The notes beneath the pieces were generated by a model, which did not search any database, was not told the DNA's origin, and saw only the letters and a program-made list of their open reading frames with translations. Positions 17,230 to 24,325 of a DNA stretch of 64,000 nt are shown in pieces. Origin of the DNA: a virus; IMG/VR virus record IMGVR_UViG_3300027749_000063, positions 1-64,000 of that record; one strand, given 5' to 3'. A program made the position numbers and the translations under genes. Numbering within the stretch: the first letter of the stretch is position 1; each line of letters opens with the position of its first letter.

Positions 17230-17899
17230 TCTGTTATTGACTGTTGTATTGTTTGGTTGTGGTAGTATGAAAACAACCACAGATGATGAGCCTGTAGTAT
17301 CTAAGGACATCTCAAGTGTATCTGGTTATACAGATTCTATTAAAAGAACAGTTCAAGTAGTTAGTGTAGACATGACAAAAGTCTTAAGTTTGTATCCTGC
17401 TTTACAGGAAAAGAACGTAGGCTTAGGTTTTGCAGAATCCGTATTAGACTATTTAGATGAAACAAATCGTTTTGTATTTACTGAGGAGAAGAGTGAGATC
17501 AAGGAGAGGATGGTGACTCAGTTCAAAGCTTCAAAGAAAGGTGTATTTGATGAACCCATTGATGGAAAAGGTAAGATTAAACCTGCTCAATATTTTGTGT
17601 ATGTTACTGTGGCTGATTTTGCTGTTGATGAAGACGAGCAAGCTGAAGGTCTTAAGTCAAAGGTTGCTGTCACTACCTTTATTCGCTTACAAGTTCGTTT
17701 TGTTGACGCAAAGACAGGTCAGATATACATTGGATCTGGAGAAGGCGAATCACAAAAGATAGGCGAATCTTTCTTAAAGTCTCTTGACGATATGAAGTTT
17801 TCTCAAAGTACTGTCGGTAAAGCTACCAGAAAGTCTCTAGAAACTGCTTGTACTAATGTGATTCAAAATCTCATTAAGGCAGGTGTATTTAAAAACTAA
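17210..17899 (+). CDS. CsgG/HfaB-like outer-membrane lipoprotein
   Basis: Lipoprotein signal MKKILGSLLLTVVLFG-C (start 17210, not 17123); LDETNRFVFTE and IRLQVRFVDAKTGQI resemble the CsgG family. Confidence 0.7.
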   Translation: MKKILGSLLLTVVLFGCGSMKTTTDDEPVVSKDISSVSGYTDSIKRTVQVVSVDMTKVLSLYPALQEKNVGLGFAESVLDYLDETNRFVFTEEKSEIKERMVTQFKASKKGVFDEPIDGKGKIKPAQYFVYVTVADFAVDEDEQAEGLKSKVAVTTFIRLQVRFVDAKTGQIYIGSGEGESQKIGESFLKSLDDMKFSQSTVGKATRKSLETACTNVIQNLIKAGVFKN

Positions 17900-17960
17900 A
17901 ATATTATTAATCTTTTGCATACTAGCTCTGTCCCTAAAAGGTCAGAGCTTTATGTATTAA
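17883..17960 (+). pseudogene. orphaned 5' fragment (signal peptide) of the beta-barrel gene
   Basis: GTG-start 25-codon ORF YLKTKILLIFCILALSLKG-QSFMY-stop; mirrors QQFVY of 18584..20068. Confidence 0.55.
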
Positions 17961-17966
17961 AAATCT

Positions 17967-18608
17967 ATGGCAATTGTATACTCACATACTAGACTTGATA
18001 CTCAAGAATTGTTTTATATTGGTATAGGTAAAACAGAAAAACGAGCATATTCAAAACATGCTAGAAATAAGTATTGGAATCATATTGTAAATAAAACCGA
18101 ATATCAGGTAAAAATTTTGTATACAGATTTAACTTGGAAAGAAGCTTGTAAGAAAGAAATAGAATTAATCAATCAATATAAAAGAAAGATAGAAGGAGGA
18201 ATACTAGTAAACTTAACTTTAGGAGGTGACGGAAATACTTCTCCTTGTACAGAGGAAACTAAAAGAAGAATATCTGCATCTTGGAAGGGTAGAACTAGTG
18301 GTAGAAAAGGTAAAAAGTATGAAGATTGGTATTCAGAGAAAGAAATAAAAACTAAAAAAGAAGAATTAAGAGGTAGGATGGCTGGAACTAATAATCCTAT
18401 GTATGGAAAAGAAAGATCAGAACAAGTAAAAGATAAAATAAGAGAAAAATTAAAAGGAAAACCTGTATCTACAGAACAAGCTATTAGAAATAGAACAGTA
18501 TGTTTGGGTAGAAAGTATATAAGTAAAGAGGGTATTAAAAAGAAAGTTATACCTGAAGAAGTAGAAAAATATTTAAAAGAGGGATGGAAACTTGGACAAA
18601 AACACTAA
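17967..18608 (+). mobile_element. free-standing GIY-YIG-family homing endonuclease with NUMOD3-like motifs
   Basis: IVYSH...FYIGIG...R, E..LI, LVNLTLGGDG; EETKRRIS, NNPMYGKERSEQVKDKI. Confidence 0.8.
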
Positions 18609-20068
18609 GAGTTATTTTTATTTTAATTTTTTTAGTCTGTAGTCCCCTTGCAGCCCAACAATTTGTATACCAGTACACAGATCCGTGTACACAAGAGTTA
18701 AAATTTATTAACGCAAATATGTCTAGTCCTATAGTAATTGCTTACTATGGACAAGTCCAAACTTTCTCTTACACAGAATTAACAGACGGAACATTTGATA
18801 ATTGGATAAATAGTGTATATTTGAAGTATAAAAATACATCACCCTGTCAAGGAGTTGGAGTAACAACTACAACAACAACGACTACAAATGCAACCTTAAA
18901 CATTGTAAGTAATGTTATGAACTTAGGGGCTATATCAAATGTAGGAAGTGTTAACGTAGATGTAGGCTCTAGTACTTCTTCAGGAACTAACGTAGGAACC
19001 AACAATAAAACCAATAACAATGACAATCGAACTAACTCTCGGAATCGTACTAGCAGTAGCTCTAGTAATTCTAATTCTTCTGGCAGCTCGTCAGGAGAAA
19101 GTGGACAATCAAACGGTGGATCTAACTCCTCAGAAACCTCAGGAACCTCAAGTGGAAATTCCCCAGATCCCAATTCAGGAAGCAGCGGAGATGGTGCTTC
19201 AGGAAGCAGTGGCTCCAGCTCCAGTAGTGGAAGTAGTAGCGGAAGCAGTAGTGGAAGCTCCAGTGGTAGCAGTGGAAGCAGAAGTGGCTCAGGAAGTAGT
19301 GGTAAAACCGAAGAAAAAACGGAAGTACAAACCGAGAAACCCTCAGAACAAAAAGTAGAAGAAACTAAAACTGAGCAACAAAAGTCTCAGTCTAGTGGTA
19401 CTGCAAAAGCAGCCAATAAAGCTAAAGCCGAAGTTGCTAAGCCTGCGATCTTAGTAACTGGTGATTTAGTTGGTATTCAGACTAAGTCTGATGGAGCACA
19501 AGATGCAAGAGGTACTGCTTCCTTTACAAGAGTAAAAGGGGATGGTACTTCTTCTCTTGGGTTTTCAGCCGATTACATGCTTAATGCTAAGATCGGTAAT
19601 ATCTCATGCGTACGCTCGTGGATAGGGGCAAACAAAAAAGGCAACAAACACATTAGTGTAGTATCAGATGGAATGAGTCTGATGCCTAAAGCCTTCTCTA
19701 ACACAGCTCTGTTTGTTAGAGTAAATTCAGTCAAGAACTTTACAGCACTCTATGGAGCTGCTGGAACTTATGGTAAACTCTATGGAGAACAGATGATCTC
19801 TACTATTGTTATAGGAGGTTTTATGTATAAGGGAAAACTTACTAAGCATATAGACGCTACAGTTATTATGGCTGGTATCTATTCTCCTTACTCTAAATAT
19901 TATACAGAGTCTTTATTTAAAGCTAAACCTATTGTAATTCCTTTTGTAAACCTTACCTGGAAGATGACTAAGACATTTGGTATAGGAGTTACAGGAGGAG
20001 GAACCTATGTAGCTGGTCAAGACATTCTTAACTTTCAACTATTAATGGGAGCAAAGTTATTAATATGA
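18584..20068 (+). CDS. outer-membrane protein: signal peptide, N-domain, Ser/Gly-rich linker, C-terminal beta-barrel
   Basis: Signal ...SPLAA-Q; long SSG-rich tract; amphipathic beta-strands ending FQLLMGAKLLI. Confidence 0.65.
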   Translation: METWTKTLRVIFILIFLVCSPLAAQQFVYQYTDPCTQELKFINANMSSPIVIAYYGQVQTFSYTELTDGTFDNWINSVYLKYKNTSPCQGVGVTTTTTTTTNATLNIVSNVMNLGAISNVGSVNVDVGSSTSSGTNVGTNNKTNNNDNRTNSRNRTSSSSSNSNSSGSSSGESGQSNGGSNSSETSGTSSGNSPDPNSGSSGDGASGSSGSSSSSGSSSGSSSGSSSGSSGSRSGSGSSGKTEEKTEVQTEKPSEQKVEETKTEQQKSQSSGTAKAANKAKAEVAKPAILVTGDLVGIQTKSDGAQDARGTASFTRVKGDGTSSLGFSADYMLNAKIGNISCVRSWIGANKKGNKHISVVSDGMSLMPKAFSNTALFVRVNSVKNFTALYGAAGTYGKLYGEQMISTIVIGGFMYKGKLTKHIDATVIMAGIYSPYSKYYTESLFKAKPIVIPFVNLTWKMTKTFGIGVTGGGTYVAGQDILNFQLLMGAKLLI

Positions 20069-21267
20069 GATGGGTTGTTATTCTATTCTTCTTTGTGAAC
20101 TCACTGAGTGCACAATTCACCTATTCTGGATACTTGTATAGTGCAAATGGTTCAGGTGCCTCTAACGTCCCTGTAAAGCTTTATAAGAGTACAGCAGGTG
20201 CTACTACTAAGTCAGGTACTTTTGCTAAGATAACATCAGGTATTCCTTCAGATAGAGGAAGAGGAACCTCAGTACTTTTTTCTACTGCTAATACAGATGA
20301 AACATCTGTTGCTGTTACATTTCCTTCTGGATTTAGTCCTTCTTACGCAGGCACTACCTATTCATCAGGTCACGTAAATGCTAACTCATGGTTTACTTTT
20401 GGAACAGGTTCTAGTTCTGGATATAATGGAAATGCTACCAATCCTAACCAACCAACTATTCATATTGGTTCGGTAGATAATAGCTCTACAGATAATAATG
20501 TTTCTTATATTTCAACTGAAAGTTATACAGATGCAACTTACGGAGATGTGTTTAGAGTAAGATATGAAGGTAACTGTAAATATTCAGGAACTGGAGTGAA
20601 CTACACCTGGGATTTGTACTTTATTAAAAGCCAAGCTTCAAAACAAATAGTAGTTTGGAGAACATTCACCGCAGATGGTTCTAACCAAGAAATAATGGGT
20701 ATATCTACAGGTAGTGCTTGGTTAGCAAGTACACTAGTTACTTCAGGTTCTTTTTCTGGTACTAGTTGGGAAATAAATACATCCTCAAGTACTACAACAT
20801 CATCTACCTCATTAGATGCTACCTCAAATACAAACTCATCAGGATACTATTCTTTTTCAAGAACTACAGTAACCGGAGATCAATTTACAATTCAAGTAGA
20901 TGCTCCAACCAGAATACAGGCTTATACTACAACAGACATTCAAGCAGTATCCGACCTCATTCTTAATAAAACAGCTAAGACTGGTTTGACGTTTCAAATG
21001 TTTGATGTCAATGATGATTCTAAAATAACTGTGGCAGATAAATACTACGTAGCAGCAAGAAAGGCAGGAAGGTTTTCTAAATGGAGAATAGCTCCTGATG
21101 TGAGGATCTTTACAACTGCACAATACAATTCAATTGTAGCAGCAACGACAAATGTAAGAACAACTTACCCAGGAGTTACTAATCATACAACTTCTACTTT
21201 AACTAGTGGAGGAACTTTAAATCTATATCTAATAGCTCCTGGATACTCTGGAGCAGTAACTTATTAA
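20065..21267 (+). CDS. secreted dockerin-like protein with inserted passenger domain
   Basis: Signal ...SLSA-Q; FDVNDDSKITVAD; C-terminal part paralogous to the centre of 14656..16557. Confidence 0.7.
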   Translation: MRWVVILFFFVNSLSAQFTYSGYLYSANGSGASNVPVKLYKSTAGATTKSGTFAKITSGIPSDRGRGTSVLFSTANTDETSVAVTFPSGFSPSYAGTTYSSGHVNANSWFTFGTGSSSGYNGNATNPNQPTIHIGSVDNSSTDNNVSYISTESYTDATYGDVFRVRYEGNCKYSGTGVNYTWDLYFIKSQASKQIVVWRTFTADGSNQEIMGISTGSAWLASTLVTSGSFSGTSWEINTSSSTTTSSTSLDATSNTNSSGYYSFSRTTVTGDQFTIQVDAPTRIQAYTTTDIQAVSDLILNKTAKTGLTFQMFDVNDDSKITVADKYYVAARKAGRFSKWRIAPDVRIFTTAQYNSIVAATTNVRTTYPGVTNHTTSTLTSGGTLNLYLIAPGYSGAVTY

Positions 21268-21278
21268 CTATTAAAACT

Positions 21279-21725
21279 ATGAAAAAACTATTTATACTTT
21301 CCGCTTTAGTCACTATGATGACTTCTTTGAGTGCTCAATGCTACAAAATTGACACTGTAACTTCAATTGCTACTGTAACAGAGATAGGAGGAAGACCTAT
21401 AATCTTTGGAGCACAAACAACTCTAGAAGAGATTGCTTCTTCAAAGTACCAATTATGTAATGAGGGCAGTCCTATTTCAGGAACAATCAAATCCATTGCA
21501 ATGCCTGAACAACTTGTAAATATTGTAGGTTTACAGTTTCTGAAAAGAGAATATATTGTAAGTACAGAAATTAACGTAAATGGAATTCTTCTTCAAGGAG
21601 AAGCTAGTAAAGTAGTTTACGTTAATGCTATGTTTATTTCTGTAGAAGGTATTCCTCATAACAGAAAAGCTTATTCTAAGGCTTTAGAGAAGTCGTTTAA
21701 GAATGGGTTTGAAAGTTTAAAATAG
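21279..21725 (+). CDS. secreted protein, possibly a divergent CsgG-like paralog
   Basis: Signal ...SLSA-Q; IIFGAQTTLEE, GEASKVV and AYSKALEKS align by eye with 17210..17899. Confidence 0.55.
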   Translation: MKKLFILSALVTMMTSLSAQCYKIDTVTSIATVTEIGGRPIIFGAQTTLEEIASSKYQLCNEGSPISGTIKSIAMPEQLVNIVGLQFLKREYIVSTEINVNGILLQGEASKVVYVNAMFISVEGIPHNRKAYSKALEKSFKNGFESLK

Positions 21726-21729
21726 GATA

Positions 21730-22005
21730 GGTTCCTTCTCTCTTCGAGAAGTAGTCTATTTTGACTTTCTATTCTAACTTATATTACAGCAGTTTTTAAC
21801 CAAATAGCCTCTCAGAAGCTAAGTCTCTATTCTGTCCACTTATTGCCTACGGTCTATTAATTGTAGGTTAGAGCACTGTAAACTTTATTAGAACATTTTG
21901 ACACTATCGGAGAAACCTCTTTTCACCTCTGAGGGCTACTCATACAATCCAACTTCTAGCAGATTACTTTTTAATCCTCGTCTGCGAACACAAAGATGTG
22001 ATGTC
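21730..22005 (-). ncRNA. candidate ~275-nt structured RNA
   Basis: ORF-less; TAGCCCTCAGAGG/CTTCTGAGAGGCTA long-range stem plus hairpins; TACCTTCG promoter-like site at 22010-22017. Confidence 0.45.
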
Positions 22006-22063
22006 ACTACGAAGGTAATGTCACTTTTAGATAAGTAGTCTCGTGTGTTGATAAATTGTGGAA

Positions 22064-22336
22064 TTAAATTCCTGCTGACTTCTGAGCATGCATGTAGTCA
22101 GTCTGTTGCATAGGTTGATCTTCGTCTAAAAGTTCTGTTAAAGCCTCTTCAATGTAGTCAAATAGCATCTCTTCGTTATACTTCTTACGATAAGTAAATG
22201 CTTTAAAGCCATCATAGAGAGCTAATTTAAATCCTCCTATATCTCCTTCTAGCTTTACCTGCTCATCTTGGAGTGCTAGTAAGAAAATATCAAATACTTC
22301 CTGGGCATTTGGTTTTTTAATTTTATCCATCGACAT
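22064..22336 (-). CDS. hypothetical protein
   Basis: 90-aa ORF with its own TATATTTG promoter at 22354-22361. Confidence 0.65.
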   Translation of the reverse strand: MSMDKIKKPNAQEVFDIFLLALQDEQVKLEGDIGGFKLALYDGFKAFTYRKKYNEEMLFDYIEEALTELLDEDQPMQQTDYMHAQKSAGI

Positions 22337-22479
22337 AACAAATCCTCCTTGTACAAATATAATCTTTAATTATTTTTTGTCTAGACATAGTTTTTCACTA
22401 AAATAACCATAGGTGTTAAGAGTTGGGTTAACACGGTTAATATCTTAAGTTAAAAGTATTCTTTGAGTTAACATATAAC

Positions 22480-22509
22480 TTGACTTTTTTTGTTAAGATA
22501 GTATATTTG
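22480..22509 (+). promoter_or_regulatory. Bacteroidota-type promoter of the packaging/structural operon
   Basis: TTG-N19-TATATTTG. Confidence 0.75.
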
Positions 22510-22532
22510 TTCATGTTAAACCAAACCAACCA

Positions 22533-22886
22533 ATGAAAGTAGCACGTAAATACGAAGAAGGAGTTAAGTTACATCAGGCATACATTGATGTACTACTAAG
22601 ACTTGCGGGATATAGATTATCCGATCTATACACCAGTATATTAGCCCATAGTTCATTTTACGGTACTTTAGATAAAGTAGTAAAAGAAAGAATCGCCAGT
22701 GAGTTTGACACATCAATACAAGTTATCTCTAATGGGATAACGAAGTTAAGAAAGATGGGCATCTTAGAAAAGAATGCGGTCAACCCAAGATTGTGTCCTA
22801 CTAGCAAGCAAGGTGTCACACTTACTCTGGTTCTTTCTACTTTAGATCAACCTGTTCTTAAACAAGAAGCTCTAGCAACTGCATGA
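22533..22886 (+). CDS. winged-HTH DNA-binding protein
   Basis: IASEFDTSIQVISNGITKLRKMGIL. Confidence 0.65.
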   Translation: MKVARKYEEGVKLHQAYIDVLLRLAGYRLSDLYTSILAHSSFYGTLDKVVKERIASEFDTSIQVISNGITKLRKMGILEKNAVNPRLCPTSKQGVTLTLVLSTLDQPVLKQEALATA

Positions 22887-23428
22887 ACTCGATAAGAGAT
22901 ACATACGAAACTATTGAAATTAAGACTTACGCTGCTTACTCTGATGTAGCAAAAGAAATGGGTCTTACTATTGATAAGGTAAGTACTGTATACGAATGGT
23001 ATCTAAAAAAGACCATAGAGGATATAGTAGAACTACCTACAGTTAAAGTAAGATTATCTGGATTAGGAGTTTTAGTATTTAACCCTTCTAGAGCAATCAA
23101 ATTAATAGCTAAGAAACTTAAGTCAGAGTATCTGTTAACTTATGAAACAGAAAGACAAGGACTCACAGCAATCAGAGGTTATGCTAACTACTACATGCTA
23201 GAAGATTGGCTTAAACTATTTAAAGACAGATACGAAAGAGGACAATCCAAAAAACTCTACAACCAACAAACTATAGAGTATATGGACAGAACATATCAGA
23301 CACAATTATTAAACCACCAGAAATTATATGAATCCTTACAAAGAGTACATGGACCTGAGCCTGAAGGGGCTAAAGAATTTGAACAAAGTATTGGAGGGAG
23401 TAGCAACGAAGACAGCGAATCAGTTTAA
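22883..23428 (+). CDS. HU/IHF-like protein
   Basis: VAKEMGLT...VRLSGLGVL resembles the HU/IHF fold; IHF-like genes are typical of Crassvirales. Confidence 0.55.
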   Translation: MNSIRDTYETIEIKTYAAYSDVAKEMGLTIDKVSTVYEWYLKKTIEDIVELPTVKVRLSGLGVLVFNPSRAIKLIAKKLKSEYLLTYETERQGLTAIRGYANYYMLEDWLKLFKDRYERGQSKKLYNQQTIEYMDRTYQTQLLNHQKLYESLQRVHGPEPEGAKEFEQSIGGSSNEDSESV

Positions 23429-23705
23429 ATTACTAAGCAATGAAAAACAGAACATTATCGCAGACAGAATGGACATTTGTATTAATTGTCCCTACAATTC
23501 GAGAAACGCAGTCACTTCTACCGAGTATGTACAACTCACAGGCAAGCACTACAGCACTGACAGAAGTGAACTTCACTGTTCGTTTTGTGGCTGCATCTGT
23601 ACCTACAAAACGGCATCTCTATCTTCAGATTGTGGAATAGCAGATTGGAACGCAGATCATCCCTTACATAAAATAGAATTAAAATGGAAAAGCACAGAAA
23701 AGTAA
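23328..23705 (+). CDS. Cys-rich Zn-binding protein
   Basis: RMDICINCP...CSFCGCIC...C...W. Confidence 0.65.
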   Translation: MNPYKEYMDLSLKGLKNLNKVLEGVATKTANQFKLLSNEKQNIIADRMDICINCPYNSRNAVTSTEYVQLTGKHYSTDRSELHCSFCGCICTYKTASLSSDCGIADWNADHPLHKIELKWKSTEK

Positions 23706-23812
23706 CCATCAAGAATGGTTGCGACAAAAGACCAGGTAGCAAGTGTGGAGTTCAGATCTACTTCTTGCCTGCCGACAAACCTTTAACTAAGGTTTCTTCT
23801 AAAGCAAAATAA
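23684..23812 (+). CDS. 42-aa microprotein (not in the ORF track)
   Basis: MEKHRKVTIKNGCDKRPGSKCGVQIYFLPADKPLTKVSSKAK fills the gap. Confidence 0.45.
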   Translation: MEKHRKVTIKNGCDKRPGSKCGVQIYFLPADKPLTKVSSKAK

Positions 23813-23813
23813 G

Positions 23814-24017
23814 ATGATAGACAACCAACCAACCTCCCAGCCCTATGTAAACTTTACTTTGCAAGATAACTTATTCGAGACGTTTAAGATATTTTGGAAA
23901 GCAGGGTACTCATATAGTAAAACAGGCAGAGATGAAGACTTCTATGCACGTGTACTAGAAGACATCATGAATATGTCTCAAGAAGAATTTTTAAAGAAAT
24001 ACTCAAATGGCCGTTAA
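23814..24017 (+). CDS. hypothetical protein
   Basis: 67-aa ORF overlapping the next gene. Confidence 0.6.
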   Translation: MIDNQPTSQPYVNFTLQDNLFETFKIFWKAGYSYSKTGRDEDFYARVLEDIMNMSQEEFLKKYSNGR

Positions 24018-24324
24018 GAAAAATAGTTACGTAGAATTTGAATTAGATTGGCTTCAAGAAAAAGCTGATCAATTAAAAGCTTATGTAGACAATAATCCTT
24101 TTCATGAGTTAGTCGATAGACTTGCTTGGAAATCTACTGCTAATGGGGGACAAATGCCCTTAGTAGTGGCAACTATTGAAGCACAGATAAAATCTCTTAC
24201 ACAAGCTTTAAAAGACTATGCTCAAATTATTGAGGTAATAGATAAACTAAGAGAGAAAGAAGAGCAGAAAGCAGAAGCTAGAGGTTCTCAAGAGATTAAC
24301 GGTAAGATGAAACAATTCAATTAA
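24007..24324 (+). CDS. helical protein, candidate terminase small subunit
   Basis: Directly before TerL; coiled coil ending ARGSQEI; function inferred from position. Confidence 0.45.
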   Translation: MAVKKNSYVEFELDWLQEKADQLKAYVDNNPFHELVDRLAWKSTANGGQMPLVVATIEAQIKSLTQALKDYAQIIEVIDKLREKEEQKAEARGSQEINGKMKQFN

Positions 24325-24325
24325 T

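Noticed and set aside
17960-18670. Group I intron around the endonuclease
   Set aside because: No room for a catalytic core: the flanks are a few nt or encode a signal peptide
18847-19358. Alternative-frame ORFs (108 and 112 aa) over the Ser-rich linker
   Set aside because: Explained by low-complexity codons lacking stops; no independent start signals
14186-21725. True cellulosome or curli operon
   Set aside because: No glycoside hydrolase or CsgA/B-like repeats are recognisable; only the assembly-type modules are present
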